Assembly (NCBI GenBank): GCA_965215015.1
Contig: OZ244042.1
Coordinates: 2,976,001 to 3,040,000 of the forward strand
Direction of reading: 5' to 3'
DNA: 64,000 bases
Source: Candidatus Poribacteria bacterium
GTDB taxonomy: Bacteria > Poribacteria > WGA-4E > PCPOR2b
Within the stretch, counting starts at the first letter, position 1. Each line of letters starts with the position of its first letter. This document shows positions 22,702 through 33,480 of the stretch, piece by piece. Both the position numbers and the translations under genes were made by a program. Below the pieces are notes generated by a model that worked only from the letters and a program-made list of their open reading frames with translations, had not been told where the DNA came from and did no database searches.

Positions 22702-23652
22702 TCACTCAAAACCGGCTTCCGAACCGATTTCTGATTCAAAATACTGGTCAAGACTAAAATAACGGTCCCCTGTATCCGGCAAAATGGTGACGACAGTTTT
22801 ATCTACCCCAAGCCCTCGAGCCACTTCCAATGCGGCATGGACATTCGCCCCTGAAGACATCCCAACGAGTAACCCCTCAGCTTTTGAAATTTGCCTCATC
22901 ATCCGATAAGCCTCTCCGTCGGACACAGTAACCACCTGATCGATAACATTAACATTCAACACCTCTGGAATTCTACCGGCTCCAATGCCATCAATACGGG
23001 TGGGCCCCGGCTGCCCACCGGACAAAACTGGAGAGATACTCGGCTCCACGGCGACCACTTGAGTTTTCAAACGATGGGTTTTGAGAACTTCTCCAACGCC
23101 TGTTAGGGTTCCTCCTGTCCCTACACCGGCGACAAAAAAATCAATCTCACGGTCTATGTCGTCGAGAATCTCACGCGCTGTCGTTTGCCGGTGAATTTCA
23201 GGATTCACAGGATTTTCAAACTGATTGGGCATAAAGCTGTGTGGATTCCGGGCGGTGATCTCCTCGGCTTCCCAGATTGCCCCACCCATTCCGGCATCTT
23301 CAGGTGTTAGTATAATTTCTGCACCAAAAGAGGCAAGTAGGGTATATTTTTCCCGGCTGACGTTCTCTGGCATGGTCAAAGTCACGCGGTATCCTTTTGC
23401 AATCGCGACAATCGAAAGCCCGATTCCTGTATTGCCAGCGGTTGGTTCAACAATTGTGCAGCCCGGCTTGAGCAATCCCCGTTCTTCGGCCTCAGCTATC
23501 ATGGCATAGCCGATCCGATCCTTGATGCTGCCGCCTGGGTTATATGACTCCAGTTTTGCAAAGACTGTTGCGTCATCTGGACCGGGTAGGTAGTTCAGGT
23601 GAACCAATGGGGTATTGCCAATGAGGCCGATGAGGTTTTCAGCAATCTTCAT
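22702..23652 (-). CDS. cysK: Cysteine synthase (PLP-dependent)
   Basis: IGNTPLV, KLESYNPGGSIKDR, GVGTGGT, GIGAG, ILPDTGDRY. Confidence 0.92.
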   Translation of the reverse strand: MKIAENLIGLIGNTPLVHLNYLPGPDDATVFAKLESYNPGGSIKDRIGYAMIAEAEERGLLKPGCTIVEPTAGNTGIGLSIVAIAKGYRVTLTMPENVSREKYTLLASFGAEIILTPEDAGMGGAIWEAEEITARNPHSFMPNQFENPVNPEIHRQTTAREILDDIDREIDFFVAGVGTGGTLTGVGEVLKTHRLKTQVVAVEPSISPVLSGGQPGPTRIDGIGAGRIPEVLNVNVIDQVVTVSDGEAYRMMRQISKAEGLLVGMSSGANVHAALEVARGLGVDKTVVTILPDTGDRYFSLDQYFESEIGSEAGFE

Positions 23653-23795
23653 GTTTTTCTTCTTTTAGCGTTCAAAGAGAACAAGACGGAAAATTTGCCT
23701 CCATAACGTTAGGAGTTGGTAGTATTAGCTAATTTTAGACAACCCATAACTTTAGCACATTTTATCTTAGTGCGTCAAGTTTATTTCCATCTTCT

Positions 23796-23971
23796 TAGTG
23801 CTATTTAGTTTTCGGTTTTGGCTCATGCCCCGCTGTTCATCGTCGCACCTGCTATCCCTACCCGGTACACGAGGCATCTTACTCCGCTGTTTGTAAACGT
23901 GCGTTCATGGCGTCTGCTTATGCCAGTTGTCCAGGCCGTCTTTTATCCATGTCATCTGTCAAATGACCCTA
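23796..23971. repeat. Inverted-repeat element, family D
   Basis: tagtgctatttagtttt ... tcaaatgacccta. Confidence 0.45.
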
Positions 23972-23986
23972 CCATCTTCTGCAATC

Positions 23987-25594
23987 TCAAAGATCCCTTT
24001 CGGATAATTTTCCTTCCTCTTTCGATTTTGCGGCGTAGGATTTGCGGATCCAACGCTCAAGTACCGCATCTGGATTATCCATCACCGCTTTAGTAAAGGT
24101 GAACACAGACCGTCCGGTATTTTGCTTAATAAGGTTAAGACCGTGTTGGTAGCTCTGCAGCAGTTCCTCACAGATCTCCTGTGGCATTCGTCCTTGGTTA
24201 ATTGCCATTTGGCCTAAGAGTTCTGTCGCTTCATCATCAAACTGGATTTGCATCTGATGTTCGCGCTGAAAGTCCTCTTCGTACCGGCGAACCCGCTCCC
24301 GCATCACAACTTGGCGGTTGTAGTCCGCATCTTGAAGAATCCGCTGCAGCTCACCCGCCGAATCCTCAACGACTTTCTCTGTCACAACGAATTCTTGGAT
24401 ACTAGAGGATGGCAGCTCGAACTTATACTCCCGCAGTGTTTTTTCACAGACCGTCATCAGCGCGCGCGCGCCTGTCTCTTGGACGTATGCCTGTTCAGCA
24501 ATTCGATGAAGCCCTGCATCCGAAAACAGCACCTCAATCCCATATGCTCCGAAAGCCCGTTCATACTGACGGACGATCGATCCCTCGGAGTGTTTCAGAA
24601 TATGATAGAGATCATCGGCGGAAAGATTTTGGCACACAACATGGACAGGTAGACGGCCGATTAATTCGGGTTCAAATCCGAACTCGATGAAATCCTGCGG
24701 CGTAACAAACTGAAAGGGAGCTTCCAACTCTGTTTGACTTTTTACCGTTGCATTAAAGCCAATGCTGCTCTGATTCATGCGTTTGTTGATAATCTCTTTC
24801 AAACCGTTGAATGCTCCACTGATAATAAATAGGATATGGCGCGTATTGATGATACGCTTTTCGACCATCCCTTTCTGCTGGAACTCCATCATAGCTTGCA
24901 TCTGAGAAGCCGCATCGTAACCGGCGCGGAGATCGACTTCTGTCTCCTCCATCAGTTTGAGGAGCCCAATCTGCACTCCCCGTCCACTGACATCGCGCCC
25001 AATGATGTTCGGTGGTGTCGCAATCTTGTCCACTTCGTCCAGATAAATAATACCGTATTGTGCAAGCTCAATGTCGTCGTCTGCTTGTGTCACTAGGTCT
25101 CGAATCATGTCATCAACGTTTGCACCAACGTAGCCGGTTTCGCTAAACCGGGTTGCATCCGCTTTGACAAATGGCACGCCGATCAACTTGGCGATGTGGC
25201 GAATCAGATAAGTTTTACCAACGCCTGTCGGTCCGAGCATGACGACATTTTGCTTTGAGTAATCGGTGTCAGCGACCTTTGAATTTTCGTGGACTTCGCG
25301 CACATGATTGTAGTGATCGCACACGGCAATTGCTAAGGCTTTCTTTGCGTTGTCCTGTTTGATGACATAACGGTCGAGATACTGCTTAACCTCCTTTGGT
25401 TTGAGGTCAAATTTCAGATCGAACGATTTTTGTTCAGGTGTGGCGTCTGTATCATCAGTTGTTGTTGTGTTTGGCTTCGCCTGCGACATTGTAAAGTTGA
25501 CAGTACCGCCGTATTTCTGTTTAACGAAATCCTCAAACTCTTTTTGAATTTCGTCAATGGTCGGTATTTTTTTATTCATTGTTTGGTTAGACAT
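23987..25594 (-). CDS. ClpX-like AAA+ ATPase lacking the N-terminal zinc-binding domain
   Basis: GPTGVGKT, DATRFSETGYVG, YLDEVDKI, RDVSGRGVQ, SIGF loop, PELIGRLP, TGARAL. Confidence 0.85.
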   Translation of the reverse strand: MSNQTMNKKIPTIDEIQKEFEDFVKQKYGGTVNFTMSQAKPNTTTTDDTDATPEQKSFDLKFDLKPKEVKQYLDRYVIKQDNAKKALAIAVCDHYNHVREVHENSKVADTDYSKQNVVMLGPTGVGKTYLIRHIAKLIGVPFVKADATRFSETGYVGANVDDMIRDLVTQADDDIELAQYGIIYLDEVDKIATPPNIIGRDVSGRGVQIGLLKLMEETEVDLRAGYDAASQMQAMMEFQQKGMVEKRIINTRHILFIISGAFNGLKEIINKRMNQSSIGFNATVKSQTELEAPFQFVTPQDFIEFGFEPELIGRLPVHVVCQNLSADDLYHILKHSEGSIVRQYERAFGAYGIEVLFSDAGLHRIAEQAYVQETGARALMTVCEKTLREYKFELPSSSIQEFVVTEKVVEDSAGELQRILQDADYNRQVVMRERVRRYEEDFQREHQMQIQFDDEATELLGQMAINQGRMPQEICEELLQSYQHGLNLIKQNTGRSVFTFTKAVMDNPDAVLERWIRKSYAAKSKEEGKLSERDL

Positions 25595-25711
25595 ATTTCG
25601 CCTCTATATCTGATTTTATTGTACGGACGTGACCGATTCACACTCGGGTGATGAATTCATCAAGTGAAATAACCTGTGGTGCTCCGATGCCACGCAGCCA
25701 ATTCGTCGACT

Positions 25712-27259
25712 TCATTGAACGTTGACGTAGAGAAATGGCGGCATCGTCAAAGCAACAACATCATCTTCGCCGGAAATCTCCTTCGCTACTCCTAGTGCGT
25801 CCTCTAAATTTTTCGCCCAATCTACGTCTAATCTCTTGGCGACGCGGGCATCTTTGGGACCGACCAAGATGACTTTGGACAGATATTTCAGCGCATAGGT
25901 CGCCCAATACCAGACGGTAAATGGATGAAATCCGTGATACGCAAACTTGTTGCGATAGCAGTCTATGAGATAAGGGTCGCAGGCGTATTGTTCTTGAAAT
26001 CGATTTTGCATTTCAAAGGGCTCGGTGGTTTCGGTGAGGACTTCATCGAAGAACCGCTTGTAGGGGACGTGATATTCTTCGTGAAAGATTTCAAAGGTTG
26101 GATTTAAGATAATTACGACACCACCCTCCTTAATCAACGGTTTGTTATAAAACCAGTTAAAAATGTACCCTAATATGTCGCTGACAACCAAAACAGGGTT
26201 AATCCGGGCACCGATAGCATAGGGGCTCATATCGGGCAATCCAAAGACCAAAGTGCTGAACTGTTTCGGAACGTTTATCATTAACTGATTTTTCATCGCT
26301 TTGAGGGTTTTGGAATGAACGGCATCAATGGCACCGGCGTTGATTTCAGTCGGTTCGTAATCAGCCCGGATACTTTTGAAGATTTTGTAACGTAAAATCT
26401 CCGGCAACAGGGACAATGCAGGTGGCGTCAACGTTTTTAACATTTTTTCAAAGCCGTTGCATTGAGCGTTTGGCTTACCCAGCTGTCGGAAACCTGTGGG
26501 GTAGATTTGGTTATTCATTGCGGCTTCGATGACCATGATTTGGCTATGCTTTTGAACAACTCGACTCATCCGCTCGATGCAATCGTGCATGTTTGACCCC
26601 CCAGGTTGCATGACATGTGGGCTCTCCGCAGTCATGTGCGGAGAGTGGTGTGGAGAAATTGAGTTATACGTCCCCATCCCGACAGCGACCGACTTGTGTC
26701 CACCGTTAAGGGGGATCTGGATGGTATCAACATAGATTACTATGTCGCTTTCCACAACCGCACGTTCAACCTCAACGATTTCGTCTTGCTCTGTCTTGCC
26801 TAAGTTGACGATATTATCACAATCTTCCGCATCAAAGTTTCTCAGTTGACCCGGATAAAACTCGCTCATAATCTTGCTGCCTAACATGTATGCCAACTCG
26901 TGTGTCTTCATTTTACGGTGTAGTCCGCCTGCACAGATTAGTTGTATGTTCTGCTTCTCGACCCCATAGGCGTAGAGCATCGGCAACAATGTTTCGAGAA
27001 TAATCTGGCGCATGTCAGGCTTCTTTGTCATCGGAAAAGGCTGACAGTTATTATCGAAAGCAATCACGACCTTACTATTTCCGTTGACTAGTTCCTTCAG
27101 TGGAGGCATCCCTAGCGGATTTTCCACAGTCTTTTTGAGGTGCTCTGGAATTTCGGCGCGTCTCACCCCAAGTTTTGCCGGTTGTGGATAGTAGATTTCC
27201 GAGTTATCGGGCAATTTTGCGTTAATCAGGTGATTGCCAGAATAGGTCAAATATTTCAT
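25712..27259 (-). CDS. Lactate racemase-like (LarA/DUF2088) protein
   Basis: NPLGMPPLKELV, ICAGGLHRKM, LGKT and GGHKSVAVG motifs. Confidence 0.75.
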   Translation of the reverse strand: MKYLTYSGNHLINAKLPDNSEIYYPQPAKLGVRRAEIPEHLKKTVENPLGMPPLKELVNGNSKVVIAFDNNCQPFPMTKKPDMRQIILETLLPMLYAYGVEKQNIQLICAGGLHRKMKTHELAYMLGSKIMSEFYPGQLRNFDAEDCDNIVNLGKTEQDEIVEVERAVVESDIVIYVDTIQIPLNGGHKSVAVGMGTYNSISPHHSPHMTAESPHVMQPGGSNMHDCIERMSRVVQKHSQIMVIEAAMNNQIYPTGFRQLGKPNAQCNGFEKMLKTLTPPALSLLPEILRYKIFKSIRADYEPTEINAGAIDAVHSKTLKAMKNQLMINVPKQFSTLVFGLPDMSPYAIGARINPVLVVSDILGYIFNWFYNKPLIKEGGVVIILNPTFEIFHEEYHVPYKRFFDEVLTETTEPFEMQNRFQEQYACDPYLIDCYRNKFAYHGFHPFTVWYWATYALKYLSKVILVGPKDARVAKRLDVDWAKNLEDALGVAKEISGEDDVVALTMPPFLYVNVQ

Positions 27260-27328
27260 GGGCAATTTTCCTTTGTGTGCTGTGGTTATTTAATTTTTGA
27301 CGGATGTATATTTTTAATTAGTTTAGGG

Positions 27329-27357
27329 TTGACTTTAACAAAATTATATTGTATTAT
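27329..27357 (+). promoter_or_regulatory. Sigma70 promoter of the MarR gene, with nearby imperfect palindromes (possible operator)
   Basis: TTGACT-17 nt-TATTAT; gtatccgttatac palindrome just downstream. Confidence 0.55.
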
Positions 27358-27425
27358 ATCGTATGCAATAGAATTGTATCCGTTATACGACGTAATTCTA
27401 ACAATCCGAAAGAGATCCAGAGAAA

Positions 27426-28292
27426 ATGTCCAAATACGCTGAAAATGCGATGCTGATTATGCGCGTGATGCGACACGCACAGGCTGCCGTGAAGTCGCGC
27501 TTTGTGCAGCAGGTTGTACCGAAGAAACTCACGATCGTGCAGTTTAACGCTTTACTGCACCTCCATTGGTATGGGGGTGAATCCGGTATGACCATCAGCG
27601 AACTTGGAGAACATCTCGGACTCGCTCATAGCACGGTCTCGGGCCTTGTAGACCGCCTTGAGCGCGATGAGTGGACGATTCGTCGTAAATGCGATACAGA
27701 TCGTCGGCAGAACCGTATACAGCTGACGGAAAAATCAGAGCAGCTTTTTCAGGACAGGGCAGAGAGCGCGACTGATTTCTGGCATCAGACGATTGGACAG
27801 TTGACTTCCGAAGAACAGGCGGAACTGATTACAAGTTTGACGCGCTTGAAACAGGTAATGGACAAACCGGTTTGGCCGAGCTATGCTCAGCTTCATCCTC
27901 GCGATCCTGGGCATGTGAAAAAACGTCTGGAAGCCGAATTGGACGAGTTAGCACATGCAAAGTTGACTTCAATTGGTACACGATTTATTTTGGCACAGAT
28001 AGCGGAACAACAAAATCAACACGAACTCGCTGCCTACCTTAAGCAGGTAGCTTCGGAGGAGATTCGCCATGCCAATCAAATCTTTGAGCTGCTTGGCCAT
28101 GAACAAAGCCTGAAAACAGCACTGTCCGATCTAATTCGTCAAGATCGGGTCGTGCTTGAAGAGGTACTAGATCTCATGGATACTGCACAGATTGCGGATC
28201 ACAAACAAAGTTTAGAACTGTTACAGCAAATCGTTCAAGATAATAAGAGATATAAACGTTGGTTTTCCAATATGTTCAAACAGATGGATTAA
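27426..28292 (+). CDS. MarR-family regulator fused to a ferritin/rubrerythrin-like domain
   Basis: LTIVQFNALL, ISELGEHLGLAHSTVSGLVDRLE, DRR; C-terminal helices containing ASEEIRHA. Confidence 0.8.
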   Translation: MSKYAENAMLIMRVMRHAQAAVKSRFVQQVVPKKLTIVQFNALLHLHWYGGESGMTISELGEHLGLAHSTVSGLVDRLERDEWTIRRKCDTDRRQNRIQLTEKSEQLFQDRAESATDFWHQTIGQLTSEEQAELITSLTRLKQVMDKPVWPSYAQLHPRDPGHVKKRLEAELDELAHAKLTSIGTRFILAQIAEQQNQHELAAYLKQVASEEIRHANQIFELLGHEQSLKTALSDLIRQDRVVLEEVLDLMDTAQIADHKQSLELLQQIVQDNKRYKRWFSNMFKQMD

Positions 28293-28437
28293 TCCGGCAC
28301 TTTATTATTTCTTTGGTCTATTAGCGGTAAAAACTTAGTTATCAATCAGGCGTTCATAATTGAGGGCTAAACACGCCGAATTTGTTACAATTCCTAAAGG
28401 GAAATGTGTGACTGCGGCGTTTTTTGTGAAAGGCAAA

Positions 28438-29052
28438 ATGCAAGAAGAAGATTGTCAAAAAACATTACCACAATATGCACAAGCGTTTCCCGATGACGCG
28501 CAGCTGATTGAGCAGTTTCAGCAGGGAGATAAATCGGCTTTCGATCAATTGGTGGTGCGCTATCATGACCGCACCCACCGACTCGCTCAACGTTTTGTCC
28601 CGAATTCCGAAGATGCTCTCGATATTACTCAGGATGCTTTTATCAGAGCCTATCAGGGACTCCCAGATTTCAAGAGAAAGTCCCAATTTTATAGCTGGCT
28701 TTACCGCATTACTGTCAATCTTTGCATCGATTTCTTGCGTAAGAACGCGCGACGCGAAACGATGAATTACCCACTGGAATCTGATAATCTGCCAATGATG
28801 AACATCGCAGACCACAACCTGAAACCACCAACACAAGCAGTTGAGGATAAAGAACTGTTAATCTATCTCCGGAGAGCTATCAGGCAACTGGCTCCCAAAC
28901 AACGTGAGATTTTCATCCTTCGCCACTGGGAGGGGCTTTCGCTCAAGGAGATTGCGAATACTTTGGGACGTTCAAGCGGCACTGTGAAAGCACATCTCTT
29001 CCATGCACACCGGAATTTAAGAAAGCTGCTTCGCCACTATCTTCAGGCGTGA
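28438..29052 (+). CDS. ECF RNA polymerase sigma factor
   Basis: AFDQLVVRY, DALDITQDAF, FYSWLYRITVN, EGLSLKEIA...GTVKAHL. Confidence 0.92.
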   Translation: MQEEDCQKTLPQYAQAFPDDAQLIEQFQQGDKSAFDQLVVRYHDRTHRLAQRFVPNSEDALDITQDAFIRAYQGLPDFKRKSQFYSWLYRITVNLCIDFLRKNARRETMNYPLESDNLPMMNIADHNLKPPTQAVEDKELLIYLRRAIRQLAPKQREIFILRHWEGLSLKEIANTLGRSSGTVKAHLFHAHRNLRKLLRHYLQA

Positions 29053-29202
29053 CTATTCAGTGGTGGATGAAACATCAAAATTAATCGGTAGGAGTCGCTT
29101 GTCACTCGCTGTCTACCAAATGCCAGTCGCGCTCTGACTTAATCCGTGCTCTGCATCAGACTCAAGCACTTTTCTGTCCGCTAGATTGCCTTACTTACCT
29201 CA

Positions 29203-29363
29203 GGGGTGCTCGTAAATAGGTCTTGATGCGTGTACGTCTCGACACCTCTCCATGCGTAGGAGGTGGGGGCCAACCTGTCGGGCTTCGTTTCCAAGCCCCT
29301 ACGATCGACCGAGGCACCCTCGCTTGAATTCCGCTATAATGTGTCTCGAATTATGACCACCCC
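29203..29363. mobile_element. MITE with 3-bp TCA target duplication (family E)
   Basis: TIRs ggggtgctcgtaaat / aattatgaccacccc, flanked on both sides by tca. Confidence 0.6.
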
Positions 29364-29832
29364 TCAATTACCTGCCTCCTCTTTAGCTATCCTGCCTCTG
29401 GGTGATAAATATCACTCTGTAAACATTTTCATTCCATTTTAAAAGCTTCTCAGCACTTTTAATACAGCCCTAACATAGCCAAAGTGTGTCTATGGATTGT
29501 ATTGGTTACGTTTGTATCCAGCAACCGTAATCACTTTATTTGCCAAATGTCAACAGAACCTAGCAACTTGTGTTAATAGCACTCCCCAAACACCCTCATT
29601 GCGTTGATTTATCGGGTGCCAGTTGAGCAATTTGAGGGCTGCTCAGAATGTATTAGATTTGGAATTTGTAGGGTTGAGGCAAGCATATCAGAAAGGCAAG
29701 CATGTGTCAAGGTGAAAGATCCGTTTTATCCTGTGAATCACTCGCATAGTTTTTTTTCAGTTGACCGCATTTTCAGAGTGATGTATCATATCCAAATCAC
29801 TTGATGTTGTTCATTTACAGGAGGCACCGAAA

Positions 29833-31299
29833 ATGGCAAAAGCTGACATTGGACTCATTGGATTAGCCGTGATGGGCGAAAACTTGACTCTCAATATTGA
29901 GAGTCGAGGATTTCGAGTCTCGGTATTCAATCGTACTGTCTCAAAGGTGGATCATTTTATCGCAGGACGGGCAAAGGGTAAGAATGTCGTTGGAACACAC
30001 TCAATCAAGGAGTTCATTGGTTCACTGAGTACGCCGAGGAAAATAATCCTAATGGTGCAAGCTGGGGCTGCGGTCGACGCATGTATCAACGAATTGGCGC
30101 CACATCTGTCAGAAGGCGATCTAATCATTGATGGCGGGAACTCGAATTTCCAAGACACCATCCGCCGTAATAATGACCTCGCAGCGAGGGGAATACGGTT
30201 TATGGGAACCGGCATATCGGGTGGTGAGGAAGGGGCTCGATATGGCCCCGCGATGATGCCCGGCGGCGATCCCGAGGCTTACGCGCTTGTCGAACCTATC
30301 TTCACAAAAATTGCAGCCCAAGTTGATGCGACTCCGTGTGTATCTCACATCGGTCCCGATGGTGCCGGACACTATGTGAAAATGGTGCATAACGGCATCG
30401 AATACGGAGACATGCAAATCATCTGTGAGACGTACGCCCTGATGAAACACGCCCTCGGCCTGAGTGCTGAGGAGATGTACCGGACTTTCAAAGAATGGAA
30501 TGAAGGTGAGTTAGATTCGTACCTGATTGAGATTACAGCTGACATCTTCACGCAGATGGACAAATCGGGTGTGCCCCTCGTGGAGGTCATCCTTGATGCT
30601 GCGGGTCAAAAGGGGACGGGAAAATGGACCAGCATCTCTGCGCTTAATACTGGCATTGCTGCTCCGACAATCGCTGAGGCGGTCTTCGCGCGGTGTATCT
30701 CGGCGGTTAAGGAGGAACGGGTCAAAGCCTCAAAAATTATCCGCGGTCCTCGTGGAAAATATGAAGGCAACAAATCGGAGTTGCTGGCGGCTATCCACGA
30801 CGCCATGTATGCTTCTAAAATCTGCTCCTACGCCCAGGGGTTTGCGTTGATGCGCGAAGCAAGCGGTGAATATAATTGGGATCTCGATCTGGGGACAATC
30901 GCTCTCGGCTGGCGCGGGGGGTGCATTATTCGCGCCCGCTTCCTGCATCGCATTGCTGATGCTTACGAGAAAGACGCTAACTTGCCAAATCTGTTACTCG
31001 ATCCCTACTTCCTCGAAGTCATTGAACGGACTCAGGACAATTGGCGTCATGTGGTTACAACTGCTATACAATTCGGTATTCCGACACCTGCCTGTAGTTC
31101 GGCTTTGGCGTACTTTGATAGCTACCGCAGTGCTCGTGTATCCGCCAACCTCATCCAAGCCCAACGGGATTACTTTGGTGCACACACTTACAACCGGATT
31201 GATGCTGATGGAAAGACAGTTGTCGGATCGGATGGGCAGCCGACAGTATTCCACACGGAGTGGATGGTGGAGGGTAGGCCAGAAGTCGTCGTCGGGTAA
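29833..31299 (+). CDS. gnd: 6-phosphogluconate dehydrogenase, decarboxylating
   Basis: [46 protein letters not shown]. Confidence 0.98.
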   Translation: MAKADIGLIGLAVMGENLTLNIESRGFRVSVFNRTVSKVDHFIAGRAKGKNVVGTHSIKEFIGSLSTPRKIILMVQAGAAVDACINELAPHLSEGDLIIDGGNSNFQDTIRRNNDLAARGIRFMGTGISGGEEGARYGPAMMPGGDPEAYALVEPIFTKIAAQVDATPCVSHIGPDGAGHYVKMVHNGIEYGDMQIICETYALMKHALGLSAEEMYRTFKEWNEGELDSYLIEITADIFTQMDKSGVPLVEVILDAAGQKGTGKWTSISALNTGIAAPTIAEAVFARCISAVKEERVKASKIIRGPRGKYEGNKSELLAAIHDAMYASKICSYAQGFALMREASGEYNWDLDLGTIALGWRGGCIIRARFLHRIADAYEKDANLPNLLLDPYFLEVIERTQDNWRHVVTTAIQFGIPTPACSSALAYFDSYRSARVSANLIQAQRDYFGAHTYNRIDADGKTVVGSDGQPTVFHTEWMVEGRPEVVVG

Positions 31300-31397
31300 G
31301 ATACTGTTTATGGATTCATGAGTTCAGTGAAGCGATAAATCTATGAATACTTGAACTTATGTCAATCCGATGGGCCGGATTGAAGGGGGAGAATTGA

Positions 31398-32294
31398 ATG
31401 GATCAAGATCCAGCAGCAGCACTAAAAAACTTCCGACCGAAACATAGCTATTTCGTCGGAATTGATTCGGATGGTTGTGCGTTCAACTCGATGGAAGTCA
31501 AGCACAACGACTGCTTCAGCGTTAACCTGATTAAGCACTTTGGGCTTCCCGCCGTTTCGCGACAAGTCCATCAAGCGTGGGATTTTGTGAATCTTTACTC
31601 AAAAACACGCGGCTGTAATCGTTTCAAAGCAATCCTTCTTGTCTGTGATTTTCTTCGGGAAATGCCGAAAGTTCAGAAAGCTGGTGTTTCAGTTCCAGAT
31701 TTTCCGTATCTTCGGGAATGGGCAGAATCGGAAACCAAGCTCGGCAATCCCACACTCAAGGCAGTGATTGAAAACACAACGGGAGCACAGCAGGAGGAGT
31801 TGAGCCAAGTGCTTGAGTGGAGTCTTGCTGTCAATGAGAGCATCGCTGAGATTGTCCACAATCTGCCTCCCTTCCCCGGTGTCCGTGAGACCCTGCAAAG
31901 TCTACAGGGGCGCGCTGATGCAATTGTGGTTTCAGCGACCCCCAACGAGGCTCTCAGACGGGAATGGGCTGAGCACAATATCGATCAATATGTCGCGGTG
32001 ATTGCAGGGCAGGAGATGGGGTCAAAGACGGAGCATCTCACGCTGACAGCAAAAGGGAAATATCCATTGGACCATATCCTGATGATTGGCGACGCCCCCG
32101 GCGATCTGAAAGCCGCTCGGGACGTTGGTGCACTGTTTTTTCCCGTCAACCCTGGATACGAGGAGGAATCGTGGGAACGCTTGGTGGAGGTCGGAATGGA
32201 TAGGTTTTTCAACAACAAATATGCCGGAGCGTATGAAACCGAGCTGATTGAGGAATTTGAAGCGTTGTTGCCTGAAGTGCCACCGTGGAAATGA
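31398..32294 (+). CDS. HAD-family hydrolase
   Basis: GIDSDGC (motif I), VVSAT (motif II), MIGDAPGD (motif IV). Confidence 0.85.
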   Translation: MDQDPAAALKNFRPKHSYFVGIDSDGCAFNSMEVKHNDCFSVNLIKHFGLPAVSRQVHQAWDFVNLYSKTRGCNRFKAILLVCDFLREMPKVQKAGVSVPDFPYLREWAESETKLGNPTLKAVIENTTGAQQEELSQVLEWSLAVNESIAEIVHNLPPFPGVRETLQSLQGRADAIVVSATPNEALRREWAEHNIDQYVAVIAGQEMGSKTEHLTLTAKGKYPLDHILMIGDAPGDLKAARDVGALFFPVNPGYEEESWERLVEVGMDRFFNNKYAGAYETELIEEFEALLPEVPPWK

Positions 32295-32384
32295 AGTGTC
32301 TATAGATGTGTAGCGCAAAGGGAACTTGAGAAAATGGGCAATTACCCTTTTCTCTATTTTTAATTTTTTAACTGGAGCCTGTTT

Positions 32385-33332
32385 ATGAAAATTTTGGTAC
32401 AAAGACCAAATTCAGATGAAGAATTGAATCAAATCATCCGGGATGCTGCGGGTGAGGAAAATATAGTTGTATTTGCAAAGTCGGACGAAGAGTATGTCAG
32501 GGAAGCTGCGGACGCAGAAATCCTTTTTGGCGGTTGTAATGAGGAACTGTTCAAGCAGATGTCGAACCTGAAATGGATTCAATCCTCCAGTGCGGGGATG
32601 GATAGTACACTGCATCCTGCCCTCATAAATAGTGACGTCATTTTGACGAATGCGGCGGGATTATATGGCTCTCACGTTGCGGATCAAGGTTTCGCCCTGC
32701 TGCTTGCTCTCGCGAGGGGCATTGACCAATTCACCCGTAATCAAGATCAGCGTAAATGGGGCGGTGGACGCCCGATGATCGAGCTTGGTGGTTTCACGAT
32801 TGGCATTGTTGGCATGGGTGGGATTGGTCAGCACATGGCGAGACGCGCCAAAGGCTTTGAGATGTACGTCATCTCCGTGGATGCCTACCGCACAGATAAA
32901 CCCGATGTTGTTGACGAACTGATGCCGATTGATCAGCTCCCCGACCTCATGAGTCGCGCAGATGTAGTGATGATTGCATGTCCATTAACAGATGAGACAC
33001 GAGGCTTAATCAACGCCGAAAACCTTGCGCGAATGAAGTCGACCGCTTATTTTATCAATGTTGCCCGAGGCCCAATTGTTGACGAGCCTGCCCTCATTGA
33101 AGTCCTCAAACAGAGAAAGATTGCCGCCGCGGGGTTGGATGTCACCGAAATTGAACCATTGCCGCAGGATAGTCCTCTGTGGGATATGGACAATGTGATC
33201 CTCACGCCTCATGCCGCTGGTGGATCACAGCACCGCCCGCGCCGCACTATCGAGTTTTTCTGCGATAATATCCGGCGATATAGAGCGGGCGAACCACTAA
33301 AGAATGTAGTTAGGAAAACATTAGGATTTTAG
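32385..33332 (+). CDS. D-2-hydroxyacid dehydrogenase
   Basis: GIVGMGGIG, CPLTDET, INVARG, GLDV, EPLP, LTPH. Confidence 0.92.
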   Translation: MKILVQRPNSDEELNQIIRDAAGEENIVVFAKSDEEYVREAADAEILFGGCNEELFKQMSNLKWIQSSSAGMDSTLHPALINSDVILTNAAGLYGSHVADQGFALLLALARGIDQFTRNQDQRKWGGGRPMIELGGFTIGIVGMGGIGQHMARRAKGFEMYVISVDAYRTDKPDVVDELMPIDQLPDLMSRADVVMIACPLTDETRGLINAENLARMKSTAYFINVARGPIVDEPALIEVLKQRKIAAAGLDVTEIEPLPQDSPLWDMDNVILTPHAAGGSQHRPRRTIEFFCDNIRRYRAGEPLKNVVRKTLGF

Positions 33333-33340
33333 GCAAGATT

Positions 33341-33370
33341 AAGGGACTGGAACAAACAGTCCCTTTTTTG
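33341..33370 (+). terminator. Intrinsic terminator
   Basis: agggactg-loop-cagtccct followed by a T-run. Confidence 0.75.
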
Positions 33371-33480
33371 TTTGCTAGGAGTGCCACACTTATGGGCGGG
33401 GATGTATCATCTAGAACAGGTCATCGAACGGGAAACATATCTCTCGAAGGCATGAATTGAAACTATGAGGAGAGAACGCC

